From the human T2T-CHM13v2.0 reference genome, Homo sapiens, in NCBI RefSeq assembly GCF_009914755.1, contig NC_060929.1: DNA of 64,000 nucleotides. One strand, given 5' to 3'. The translations under genes and the position numbers were made by a program. This document shows, one piece after another, positions 43,706 through 62,666 of this stretch; position 1 is the first letter of the stretch, and every line of letters begins with the position of its first letter. The notes under the pieces are model-generated. The model made no database searches, was not told the DNA's origin, and saw only the letters and a list, made by a program, of their open reading frames with translations.

Positions 43706-45139
43706 GCCTTGAGAGCCTCCAGGCCCTAAAATGAAAGAATACATAACACATATCAAATGCTTTTTTGAGGTAAACCTTCACAAGTCATCCTGAGTCAGAG
43801 ATTCAAATGTGATTTTAGAAAATATTTGCATTTTTCTGCCTTCCTTAAGGCAAGTCAACACCTACAAATTCACATGCTCGTGAGTACAAATCCTATTTTT
43901 AAAGATTTTTAGGGTGGAGATTACCATAGGCACAACCTCCAGTACTAGTAAGTTTCTTCAAACGGTTAGTGATAGGCTACAAGACAAAGTATGTAGCATG
44001 TATTTGTAATCCATTTCATTCCAAAAAGTATTTTAGATTTATACAGTCTTACCCTTCTCAAAACACCTGCTCCTTTTGTGTGAGCAATAGCCTCAAGTAC
44101 ATTTCAGCTGTTCCTACTTTTCTGGGACTGGGAAAGAAGTTTGGATCATTCTTCTGGAAGCTCTTTTTCATTTCCTGACATGCTGGAAACCTGCTAAAGA
44201 GAACGTTCACTGACTCCATATAAAGTCAGAGAAATAAGAGCTAGTAAGGATCTTTGAAACCTCCAGGTCAAACTCCTTCATTTTATGGAGATAAAATGAG
44301 GCTCAAGGCAGTGCAATAGTGTTGAGGCTGCAGGTCAAGTAGGAGCTCACAAACCCTGGTTCTTGAATGAGGTGAAGCCCTTCACTGAGTTTCTAACAAT
44401 CCTAAGTACTGTGTTACTGCAGTATCAAGATGCCTGGAGCTCCACCACTCAGGCCACAACAGGTTGAGCGGAAAAATCTTTGACCAGTGGTTCCCACTTA
44501 TGGTCTTGAAGATCCATGAGTTATTTGCAAAACCATACCCACCCCGTTATTGCCAGTTTAATCGTTATATCCCTAATGAAACATGCAACATTATTAATAT
44601 ATGCATACATATCAATAATTCTGCTGTAATTAATATAGTAGTAACTTTTACTTTAAAAAGTTAAATGCCATTCGCCTAATTTTTCTGTCTCAGTTTCACT
44701 ATCTATAAAATAAGAGTAATACCTACCTCATAAAGCTTTTGTTAGGATTCAGTAAGAAGGTTCATGTAAACTGCTTAGAACAATTATTGGCATAGAATCA
44801 TCACTTAATAAATACTAGCTTTTCAAATTAGTAATAACTTTTAAGAATGTTACAAATTTAATAGTAGCTGTTGGTCACACATTTTTAATAGATATTTCCA
44901 AATTGCCCTGCTAAAATATGGCTCTCTCATGTCCCAGAGGATGAGTTTCTGATTATATTTCTACGTGATTAGTTTACGTTTCTTAGTTTTCATGAAAGGA
45001 TACCTCAGTAAAAATAAATGGGGTTCATCATTTGATAAATCTTGGTTTAAGTCAAGAGCTTGAGATCAGATATAAAAATTGTTTTTTCAGTATGTTCAGA
45101 AACTAGGGTATTTCTTGTTAATAAATCAGTAAGCTTTTT

Positions 45140-45417
45140 TTTTTCTTTTTTTTTTTTTTTTTGAGATGGAGTCTCACTCTGTCACCCAGGCTAGAGTGCA
45201 GTGGTGTGATCTCGGCTCACTGCAAGCTCTGCCTCCCGGGTTCATGCCATTCTCCTGCCTCAGCCTCCTGAGGAGGTGGGACTACAGGTGCTCACCACCA
45301 CATCCAGCTAATTTTTTGAATTTTTAGTAGAGACGGGGTTTCACTGCGTTAGCCAGGGTGGTCTCGATCTCCTGACCTCGTGATCAGCCCACCTCGGCCT
45401 CCCAAAGTGCTGGGATT
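45140..45417 (-). mobile_element. Alu (AluY-like), slightly 5'-truncated
   Basis: TGCAAGCTC...CCCGGGTTCATGCCATTCTCC diagnostic; TSD ATCAGTAAGCTTTTT at 45125-45139 and 45418-45432. Confidence 0.92.
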
Positions 45418-45724
45418 ATCAGTAAGCTTTTTAAACTCTTCTACAAGCTCAAAGAAAAATGCCAGAATAAAAGTAACCAAATCCATTGACGTATGGCTGA
45501 ATATGTCTTTCAATTTAAAATGGAATGAACACACATTTGGGTATTCATTGTATGCTGCTAGGCATTGAATGAGACACAAAGAAATAGAAGCCTTTATCAC
45601 TGTCTGGGAGGGTAGAAAGAAATTGAAAATACTACCTATGCTTTTTACCCAAGCTTTTTACTCCAACTCATAGATATGCTGCTAGAGTCCTAGATTATTT
45701 CAGTCATAAAAATGAGGGGCTTTT

Positions 45725-51866
<6,142 letters not shown>

Positions 51867-52632
51867 AAAAATGAGGGGCTTTTTTTCCCACTCCACTTGC
51901 AAGCTGATTCTAGTTCGTCGGTAAGTAACTCGCCTTTCCTGGTTTTCCTCAGCAACACAGAACCACAGGGTATTGGGACAATAGTAGCCAGATAGAATTT
52001 AAGTCGTGATCAGACATATAATGTGAGTCCCAAACATTTGGGAGCTGAGGCTCCCAAATAATGTGAAGCTTTCCTTTCAACCACTAGATAGACTAGAGAA
52101 GCCACTCCCCTATACCCTTCACCCTTGCCCCCCACTGCCAAAATTGGAATTTTCTCATACAGGGACCTTTTCAGCAAGAAAAACTAAATAGATACTTTGT
52201 TGTTGTTTTTTTTTCTTATTAGATGTTGGACAAGACAGATATCTTCCAGAATATTTCCTCAATTGTAGAGAAAACAAATTCTTAAAGCTTCTGGTGAAAT
52301 TTTCATGTAAATAATTTGGAGAAGTTAAATTGCAAGAGATTACTAATTCTCAGTTCTCAGCAGACACTGTCTTTTAACTTCCAAAAGCTTGAAAGGTATG
52401 GGTGAGTTTTATTCCAATTATCATCAAAAACTGCAAAAACAGAACCCTTATAAAATATTCTGATCGCTCTTTAAGCTATAACTGTTCTGAGGCAATATGG
52501 AGCCTGATATAAATTAAGATGGTAACATTAAAACTTATTTGATGAGGTACTAATGAAAGAGCTAATTGGTAGCTTTTCTTTTTTAATATTCTATTATTAG
52601 GAATACAAATTGTTTTATGTTAAAACAATTTT

Positions 52633-52932
52633 ATTTTTATTTATTTATTTTTTTGAGACAGAGTTTCATTCTTTCACCCAGGCTGGACTGCAGTGGCAGG
52701 ATCTCAGCTCACTATAAACTCAGCCTCCTGGGTTCAAGCAATTCTCTGCCTCAGCCTCCCGAGTAGCTGGGATTACAGGCCCCTGCCACCACACCCAGCT
52801 AATTTTTGTATTTTTAGTGAACTCGGGGTTTCACCATTTTGGTCAGGCTCGTCTTGAACTCCTGACCTTGTGATTCACCTGCCTCGGCCTCCCAAAGTGC
52901 TGGGATTACAAGCGTGAGCCACCAAGCCCAGC
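52633..52932 (-). mobile_element. Alu (AluS-like)
   Basis: Dimeric Alu; TSD-like AACAATTTT on both sides. Confidence 0.94.
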
Positions 52933-53850
52933 AACAATTTTTAATCAAATAAAAATAATTACTTCTCTGAATTTTTTTGTTATGATGGCCTAGCATATTG
53001 TATTATATGGTTTCTTATTTATTAATTTCCACATCTCTAGGCATTCTGGAGGTATCTAAAATTACACACAGGCATTTTACCCATTACTGTACAATTTTCA
53101 TACAAACATAGAATAAAAGAATGTTCGGTCAATAGAGGAAGATAGGAAAAAAGTCTTCCACTTCAGTGCCATCGTAGAAAAGCAGAAATTCTTCAGTTTT
53201 CTCATAGTTGCCATCCCCTCTTGAGTTTTCCAAAAATCAGTGATCCCATTGAACCATTGATGATAGCTTTATGAGCATTTAGAGAATTTCAATTAAAATG
53301 AAGCCCATCTTATTCTAACCTGTCACTTTCTAATGTATTTTACTCACATGAACCATTTGTCTGCAAGGCAGTTCAGCATATCTTACCCAACAGATTTCTG
53401 AGGATGCTCTAGTTTATCCCCAGCTATAGGTTCTTCCTTTACATCTCCATGTAAACTTACTGAATTTCTTATTTCTTATTATTTTTTTCTGTGCATGCCC
53501 AGAGGCTCAAGAAATGAGCCTTTCTATCTTTCTACCTTTACTATCGCCAAGGTAAGCTGGGTAGTCCAGGTGCATGACTGACCTTGGCTAAAGAGTATGT
53601 TTGCTTTACTTTTAACTAATTTAACTCATAGAGAAACTTGATCTCAAATGTCCTCTGGAATGACATTTGTTTAAAAAACATGACCTCTGGTTCTTTTCAG
53701 ATTTAAACAAAGCAATTATAAAAAAGAAAGACAAAGAAATGGTTATAGTCTGAGTTACATATTTTTATGCATGAAATTGTAATTTTGTTGGAAACATGAT
53801 TAACAATTTTGAAATATTAAGATTGAAAATGAAATCATCATATTACTCAC

Positions 53851-54007
53851 CTTTAAGCAGAGTTTGTGGTGTCCTCGGACCTAAGCTGCAAATTATTGGG
53901 GAAAAAATAGGTATGCAGAATGAAGAGGGTATATATGTTAATCCAAACAAAGCTTCTTTTCTTATTGCTAGCTAACACAAGGCAATGCTGTCATATCCCA
54001 GAAGCCT
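53851..54007 (-). other. C6: C6 non-coding exon 1 (5'UTR); 5' end approximate
   Basis: Strong donor AAG|gtgagt at 53851. Sequence matches my recollection of the C6 mRNA 5'UTR (...accacaaactctgcttaaag|ggcctggagg...). Confidence 0.82.
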
Positions 54008-54019
54008 AGCAACACCTAG

Positions 54020-54090
54020 AGGGTTGTCAAAATAAATGTTCTCTGGAACTTGAACTTTGCAAATGATTACACCAATCAGTAGTAACCCTG
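54020..54090 (-). promoter_or_regulatory. C6 proximal promoter: HNF4-like TGAACTTTGC (54051-54060), C/EBP-like / CCAAT motif ATTACACCAATCA (54066-54078), forkhead-like AATAAATGTT (54031-54040)
   Basis: Motif matches immediately upstream of exon 1. C6 is liver-expressed and its promoter is known to depend on a C/EBP site. No clear TATA box. Confidence 0.6.
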
Positions 54091-55580
54091 AAACTCTGGG
54101 TGTTGGATGTTACACAGAGTCCTGAATTTTCAGTGAGTTTTCAATTCAAGGGCTATTGTAGTAGCTATTGCTACTGCATAGAAATCTCTCTTTCCATTTT
54201 AAAGAATCCTTTAGATTAATTGCTTAAAATTGCTGCCCCCCTTAGGAATGTATAGATTCTTAGTTTTTGATTATAGAATAGTTATTGGTAACTATTTAAG
54301 AAATGTTTTTGGAGACAATGTGATTGTGTATGTAGAAAATTCAAAAGAATCTACAAACATTAGAATTAATAAATGAATTTAGTATGATTTATCAACACAA
54401 GTTTATTATAGTAAAAAGTGTTTCTATATGCCAGCAAAACCAAACAGAAAATTTAATTTGGAAAGAATTAAAATAGCAATGATCAAATGGGCTCTTTATA
54501 TGTAATGATGATTACGCTTCTCTGAAATGGTTGCAATTTAACTTTAGATTGAAGTAAAATGGATTTCATCCTAAGGTGAAGCAGAACAAAATAGTGCAAT
54601 AGAAAAGAAAAAAAACTATAGGGACTGAGAATGTGGATACATATTCTAGTCTTGTTTCTGCACTAAGCAGCTACCAGCTATGTGAGCTTCAATAAATCAC
54701 TATACCTCATTGGAACACTGGTCCCTCATTTGTAAAACAAGTGTTTTTCAAACTTTTTTCAAAGCAGTAGAAAACAACTAAAACAAATATTCCTTAGACA
54801 GCTTAGATTTTTATCACATGGTGGGAAATGATGATCTCAGCAAGTCTAAAGATTACTTGAAACACAGCTGGGAACCCACCACTCAAAGGTCACATAGTTT
54901 AATATACATGGTAGTAACTTTCCCAAGGCCAGAGTAAGTCAGAACTGGAATACAGATGATCTGATTTCCAGTCTTTTTTCTCTCTCTTATACTACATTGA
55001 GATTTTAAAGATTGAAATTTGGGCCTAAAGAGAAAGTAGAGTGGTGTGCTGCAGACCAGTGTTGAAGCTAGTTTGGGGCTGGGATAGCAGCTTCACCCTT
55101 GATTACCTGAGAAGATAAACAGGAAAAGAAATATTTGGTGATTGGACAAGAATATATGTCATTTAATTTGCATATTTCTTTCTTTAATTGGTCTTTGAGG
55201 TCCTAAAATAAAATTCATTTGTCCTGAGTTCAAGGTGTTTGGAGCTAAAGGCAAATACTGGAAGTCATAATACAGAGAGATGCAAAGTTAGGTGCCAGTA
55301 GGATGAGCTTAAAGAGGACTTTATTTGTAATGTGGGCTATGAAGAGGACAGAGAAGTAAGATTGTATGCTGTGGCACTGGAAAAACACAGGTGGAGAGAG
55401 TTAAGGATGGTAAGGGGAAATCCTTGAGATGGAATGCGAATGTCTGTGATCCAAACACTAGAATTGACCCAGCACCAACTAAGAATCTAGAATCTTTTCA
55501 ACAATGTATTTGGGTTCTCCATCTTGGGTTCTTTTGGAAGGTTAAATGACATATCTCACTCATGAGTCCTTTTTCTAGAG

Positions 55581-55775
55581 CAGGGATTGGTAAACTAGCC
55601 TGATGCCCGTTTTTGTAAATAACGTTTTATAGGAATAAAGTCACACAATTGGCCATTGTTTATGGTTGCTTTTGTGCTACAATGGTAGAGTTAAGAAGCT
55701 GGCAACAGAGGCTCTCCAGCCTGAAAAGCCTAAAATATTTACCGTCTGGCCCTTATAGGAAAAGTTGCAACCCAG
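55581..55775 (+). mobile_element. MER58A-like (hAT-Charlie)
   Basis: TTTTTGTAAATAACGTTTTAT...AAAGCCTAAAATATTTACCGTCTGGCCCTT. Confidence 0.75.
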
Positions 55776-58700
55776 AGAGAAATATTTCTGGTCTGATACA
55801 TACAACAAAGTGTCCAGTGGCTTTGGGAAGTAGAAGTAGGCTAATTGGGACTGATGAGTAGGTGATTGTTTCAGAGCTAGGAATTGAATACTTGTGTGCA
55901 GTTGTGCTCAGGTCTGACTCTGTGCATGCAAAGAATATAGGTGTTCTCTAAACAATATTTAGATGTGTGCTGCTGAAAAACAAAGTCTGCTATGAAGTTT
56001 ACTGGCACTGGCTGAGTTGCTTCAGCAACTGCAGGCCTTCTGAAGTTTTGGCTGGTAACACAGAAGACCTTCTCACACAAAATCTCCTATTTTCATAAGG
56101 TAGATAGTTGCTATTGACTGACCAGTAGAAAGCATATAATTGTAAAAAAACAGAAGGGTGCAGGAGAAAATGAGGGCCAGGACATGGAGAGTTAAGATGG
56201 AGCAATTATCATTTTACCAGAAGGAGAATATGTATTCTGTTAAAAACCATTATTCCTCTTTTAATGATAATAGATTCATAGCCAAATGGTATTTTCTGCC
56301 AAGAAAATAACCACAAATATAAAATAATGAACAATGGAAGCTGCTATCTGAAGGCTTTTTCACATGCTAAGTATTCACATGCCAACTTATCATTATAGCA
56401 AAAGTACTATAATTTCTTATTAGAGCCAAGGCTAATGACCCCATCTATTTCAAAAACTCTTCAGAGTGTGCTTTGTCAGTCAATATGTGAGTAGATAAAG
56501 TGAAATGGCAGATTGAACTATTTCAATTGGGGGATCATAGATCAAAACTCTCAAATATGGAGGAAACAGAAGGTATTTTGGACCTCAGGCTTCCACACTC
56601 TTTGTGTCTTCTCTTTCCTACTAAAATTATTAGAAAGATAGTCTAAATTGACTGCATTTGATGTTTTGCCATCTACTCCTCATTCACTTCACTCTTTGAA
56701 ATCTATGTGATAAATACAACCAGCCTACACCAACTATTCTCTCAATGACCACCATTAACCTCCTAATTGCCAAACTGAATGACCTCTTCTAAATCCACTA
56801 TTGGCTTCCTGGACAAAATATAATACATGTGTTTCTCTGAACACTTAGGAAATTCCTCTTCTGCCTTCCTCTATGATTCTCTTCCTACACCCATCTAGGA
56901 TTTTATCCTCACCCCTTTTCTTTCATTTGAGATTTCATCTACTTCCATGGGGTTATTGATCACCTTTGTATTGATTGCTTCCTAGTCCACCTGTCTTAGT
57001 ATTCTAATGTTCAGACAGATAATAGAAACATCATATCACAGAGATCACATCCTCACTCCCTGACTCCTCCTATCCTTTTAGATGCTAAATACATGAGGCA
57101 ATTTTATCTTTTATTTAGCTTTTATCTTTGAAGTATCTCTTCTATGCATTCCTCATTTTTCCACCTTGCCATCATGTCTATGGCTACAGTTCCACTTCCA
57201 GCCATTATGAAACCATACCTTGAAGATTGCATCAGTGGCTTAGCTGGTCTCTGAGCTTTAGAACTCCTCCTGTAATTTCTTCTAATCTACTCTGCAAGGA
57301 TACTCTAGAGTTCACCTCTCAGTAGCACAACCCTATTCAAAATCTCAGTGTTATTCTTTTAAGGAAACCACGAAATTAGCTACAGAGTCCCAGTCCCTAA
57401 TATTGGAAACCTTGAGCAATTTTATTCCATATTACCCTTTAGACTCATTTTCTCTCCTTCATTTTGCATAGTCCACCATCTAGCCAAATTGGATAACTTG
57501 CTGATCCTCAAAATGGCCTATGGTTTCTCTTGCCATTATATTTTTTCCCTTGAAACTTTTTCTTCCCCAATCACAAATGTAGTGTATTGTGTACCTCTTC
57601 TTTGGGGGCCATTCCAAATGTATTTCCTTCTTAAATTTTTTCTACATTTCACAATCATTTTCACACTTTAGATCAGATGCTACATGATTCCTCCACCCTT
57701 TAAACATATGAATCTCTTTTTACCTTTCATATGGAACTCACTTACTATTGCCGGATATTATGATCATTGTGTGCTTTATTATTGCCCACTCTTAGTCCAC
57801 TTAATAGATTCAAAGTTCCTTTATACTGAGCCTGAATAATATTTATCTTTATATTTGATAAACATAAAAGTTAAATCAATGTTGATTGAATTGAGTTGTC
57901 TACACACAAAGAGTTTGTGAGAAAATTGCTGAATACGCCTCTACAAATGTGCCCTTAGCTAAATTCCACTATGTAGATTCTCATGTGTTTGGCAATAAGA
58001 GGTAACAATCTTTCATATAGCAAAATGCTCCAAGAATTGCTTTTATTTATGTGTTTGTTGAGTTGTTGAACAATGCATAATGATGATATTAAATGGAATA
58101 AACTCTTTGGTGATTCTTTGGAATGGAAAGAAAATGAGCTACAATTTAGTCTCCAAATCTAAAACTGGTCTAACATAGTAATAGAAATCTAGTTTGAGAC
58201 AATAAAGCCAAACTTCTGCCAAGTTTTGCCCCTTCTAGGATTATACAGAAACTTAGGTTGGATTCCAATTTAGAGCTTTGTGGGAAAAGGCAGAAAAAAA
58301 AAGCCTATTGAAGTCAGATGAATTGTACCTAGACTCTTGGGTCAGCTTTCTAGTTTGTTTCTTGTCCTCCTGTTGTCCCAAACATCTTGAATACATTACT
58401 AAGGTATTTTTTCTAAAGCACTACTACAATGAAAATCACAATCTAATGTTTTGGTAGCATTTTATGGTTTGCAAAGCACTCTTCAAAGTGCCATAGGAGG
58501 AACAGTATCTTGATTCATCCATTTCACTCAATTCACAAATATTTACTGATTATATACCAGGCATTATGCTGGGACTTAAGATACAAAGATGAATACTTTC
58601 GGTTAGTTCTTTCAAGAACTTCACCTCATAGTAATAGTAGTTGGATAGGAAAGAAAAAGAACGTCAAGAAGTACTAAAAATTATAAGAAATCCGTCTATT

Positions 58701-59009
58701 CACAGAAATCGTAACTTCCCTTGTTTATGCAGTCACGTATTCTCTTATCTTTTCATCATATTCACTGTAATTACCACTGTTGTCATTATCCAAAGGTTTT
58801 TATTCACGAATTTTGCAAAAATTTACTGCAAGGAACTGTTCTAGGCACTTGAACAGTAAACAAAACAGAAAAAAAAATCCTGCCTTTGTAAAATTTACAA
58901 TCTCCATAAAGACAGGAGAGAGAAAACAAAATAAATAAATGAATTATATGGTTTTTAAGAAATATTTCTTTAATGTTTATCCAACTATTGTGTCTTCTTA
59001 AAATGCAGG

Positions 59010-59480
59010 TCATTCTTTCTGCCTCTTTTTTTCCTGGGTCTATGCTTTCTTGAAGAAAATCTGTCCAGCCCGATCTCACAAAATTTAATCCTGTAGGACC
59101 CACTGAGCTGGTTTCAGATCTCATGATTCTGCCCCTTGGACAAAGTGATAGGCCAGGATTGGGTATGGGTCATTCGGATTTCATGTGCCAGGGTTGGGGA
59201 GTGGGACTTAGAAATACTATTTAAACACAGTGTGAAGCTTGCTTAAGCCGCATGCAGGGAGAAGAAGAGAATGCCTCTGTAGAGAGAAAAAAGAATGAGG
59301 TAAGGACTGGAAAAAATGTACATGTGAGAACATGTGGCCTTAGAGAATATAAATACTGTCCCTGTGAAACTCAGCTGCACTTCCTTCTCTTGTGTTTCAT
59401 AAGGCCCACCTTTTCCTTCTAGTAAACTATACTTTGAATACATTTTTGTTACTTGCAAGGAAGTTATCCTAACTAGGATG
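59010..59480. mobile_element. Possible old MLT1-type LTR
   Basis: Ends ...TTTGTTACTTGCAAGGAAGTTATCCTAACT, as in MLT1J-M; highly diverged. Confidence 0.4.
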
Positions 59481-59599
59481 TATTTTATGATTTTCAAACA
59501 ATTGCAAACAATTTCAAAAAAGATACTCCAACAATTTCACAAGTGGCACTGCTTAATCAGAATGGATGCTGTCCAGTTTATTCAAGCCATGTGTGCTGG

Positions 59600-59642
59600 C
59601 TGATGCCAGCCCTGAGCCTGATGCCAGCCCTGAGCCTGATGC
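59600..59642. repeat. 18-bp tandem repeat CTGATGCCAGCCCTGAGC x2.4
   Basis: Perfect copies at 59600-59617 and 59618-59635, partial copy at 59636-59642. Confidence 0.9.
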
Positions 59643-61039
59643 ACAATTATGTCACACAATCTCCAGCAAATGTAGAAATTAATAAATTAGTTGAATATTT
59701 ACTAAGATTCTTTACCTCCTAGGGTGGTATAGAAAAAGGAAGCTGGAAATCATGCTTCCAAATCTGGACCTCTTCTTTTAGGTAGGGTCATCTAGATTTG
59801 TCTGTAGGATGGAAGTGGGGAGACTGAGAAAGAAAGGCCATTCTGTGGTCAGATAAAGCTGTTGAGAGAGCTTTGGGAGGGCTGTATTGAGCGCCCTTTG
59901 TTCTCTGGGGTGTAAGTAGCTAATAAATGAGGCAATGCAAGCAATGAAGGGACATGTGAAGTCCTTGAAATAACTCTGACAAAGTGCTTTGAGGGAAAAT
60001 TGTTATTCTGAGTTCTGAGGTTGTGGGAAACTACTGAAAAACTAATGATAGCAGTGATATAATCCTCTGGGCACAGGGCAATACCTAAAGCATGAAGAAA
60101 AGAAGGAAGAAATAATTCCAGGTCAGAGGTTATTGAAATCTTAGCTAAGTTCGTAGTTACAAGGCAAAGAAAGACATGCTGTGTTGTCATGTAAGCAACT
60201 CCAAGTTTTAACATCTAAGGGAGAAAAAGGCAGTGAGAGATAGAACAGGCCACTCTTTGAGACATGAATCACACAAATAAATATCAATTTTTAAAAGTTC
60301 TTCCAGGAGAAAGGTTGTCTCAGTCAAATGCTTGAACGCCTGACAATCCCATTAACATCACATGCTCTGTGTATTGAATCCTGCATGGGAAGACAGCAGT
60401 TTCCAATCATCTTTCTACATATTATCAGGAGTGTGGCCAAAGTAAAGAGGGAAATGAAAGAACAGGAACAAATTGAAAAGTGTTTGAGGTGGTCATTTTT
60501 TAAAATAATCAAACTCTGATGAATAGTTGTATTTTTTATTAATGATGACAAGAAATAGTCTCACAGTAACAAAATGTCAACATCTACTGACCTGGGGTAG
60601 TGTGTAATACAAAGACAAATGGTTTCCTGATTTCTTGCCATGTTTTTCAAACACTTGCAAAAATGAGGCTGGCCATTTAGCTGTGTTTATTCTTTTTATG
60701 ATAAAAAGCTACTTTGTCTTACCAACCTTCCCTGGACAGCCCTCATTTTTATGCAGATAGTGTATTATTTAAAAAGGAGAATCTAAGGCTCTGGATACTT
60801 AAGCAATTAGTCAAATTAATGCAACAAATAAATGGTAGAAGAGGAATTTGAGGTCTTCTGCTCTCTGGTGGAACTTGTTTTACCTTGTTCTTTATTTTAA
60901 TCTTCCAGTATTCCCTAGCTCCCTCAAACCATCCTGTTTTGCTTACTTTCCTTCAACAGACTTACTAACGTTTTGTGTGTAATCAGAAAGAAGGCGTTTA
61001 TATAAATCAGATTTATTTTTTATTAATTATTTTAACTGC

Positions 61040-61400
61040 CTATCTTTTTTACTATAACCATATGAGTGAGGTGCAGTCATATCTCATTTTGGTTTTGATT
61101 TACATTTCTCTAGTGATTAATGATGTTGGGCCTCTTTTCATGTGCCTGTTGGTCATTTATATACATTCTTTGGATCGCTAATTTTTTAAAAAATGATTTC
61201 AACTTTTATTTTAGATACAGGAGGTACACATGTATATTGTGTAATATTGAGGTTTGGGGTACAAATGATTTCATTATTTAGGTAGTGATCATAATACTCA
61301 ATGGGTAGTTTTCCAGCCTTTTCCCTACTCCTTCTCCCCTGACCCAATAGGCCCCAATGTCTATTGCTCTCATCTTTATGTCCATGTGTGCCCAATGTAT
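61040..61400 (-). mobile_element. L1 fragments (L1M ORF2 end; old L1PA 3'UTR 61190-61400)
   Basis: ATCTCATTTTGGTTTTGATTTACATTTCTCTAGTG and TTTCAACTTTTATTTTAGATACAGG. Confidence 0.7.
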
Positions 61401-62358
61401 AAACAGATTTTTTAAAAAAAGAGCAAGCATCTAACATACATTCTTGGCAGTTTAATTTTAATATTTCATTAAAATGTTATCTTTTAAAACTAATATATTT
61501 ATGTAGCTAAAAAAAAAAATAGAAACACAAGACTTAAAGCAGCAAACCAAAGCCACTACTCCACCCTGTCCCAGCCCTGCAGTTTTCTTTCTAGTACCAG
61601 TCACTTTAAAATTAGAGCTGTTTTATTTTTTTGCTGTTGTTGGTTTTCATCTCCATATTTCATAGTACTTGCTACCATGTAATTACATTTATCCTGAGCC
61701 CAGGCCTTTATGCTATAGTTTTCATGAAAACTCTACAATACACTGTCATGATTTTTGCTTTAAGCTATACATTCTCAACAGGGATGATATTTCCCTCCAA
61801 AAGGATGAAAATTGATGTTCGTGGGGTTGGTGAAATATTCTCAGTTATTACAATGGTGTATAGCCCTGTAAAGCTCAACCCTATCTGATGCAATCACATT
61901 CTTTAGAATTTAATTTCTCCTGTGTCGTTTTCATGGGTATCCCATGAGCAGCACTGACATTGGGCTCAGGGAATATACATAAAATGTATATAAGATCAGT
62001 GCTACAGCAAGTAGATGGCTTTCTTTCCTTAATAGATTGCTAGAAATGGCCTAGCCTACTCAAGTTTATTGGCTGCCATTGGCTACCTTATGGATGTTGT
62101 TTATGTTTGATCCTCATTGTTTTGGTGTGTGACTAGGGCTTTGAGAATTAAATAAAAGCAGTGTTTTAATAGTTATTTGGAATAATTATTCAATAGTTAT
62201 TCAAAAAAGTTATTCAAGTCTATAAAAGTTATTCAATCCATCATTATACAGGTGAGGAAAACAAAAAAGTATCAACAATATATAAATGAATATCTGGCAG
62301 CTAGTTAAGTTAAAAGTTATTTTCTTATATTGAGCAGAAGTTAAAAGTTAAGTTCACT

Positions 62359-62666
62359 GGCCAGCGTGGTGGCTCACACCTGTAATCCCAGCACTTTGGG
62401 AGGCCAAGGCAGGTGGATCACCTCAGGTCAGGAGTTTGAGACCAGCCTGACCAACATGGTGAAACCCTATCTCTACTAAAAAATACAAAAATTAGCTGGG
62501 CATGGTGGCGGGCACCTGTAATCTCAGTTACTTGGGAGGCTGAGGCAGAAGAATTGCTTGAACCCGGGAGGCAGAGGTCACAGTGAGCCGAGATCATGCC
62601 ATTGCTCTGTTGCCTGGGCGACAGAGAGAGACTCCATCTCAAAAAAAAAAAACAAAAAAAAGAAAA
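62359..62666 (+). mobile_element. Alu (AluS-like), upstream of C6 exon 1
   Basis: GGCCAGCGTGGTGGCTCACACCTGTAATCCCAGC...polyA. Confidence 0.95.

Noticed and set aside
59600-59642. Short direct repeats as a CRISPR-like array (also 23268-23323, 62171-62236)
   Set aside because: No unique spacers of regular length, no cas genes, eukaryotic context; simple tandem duplications.
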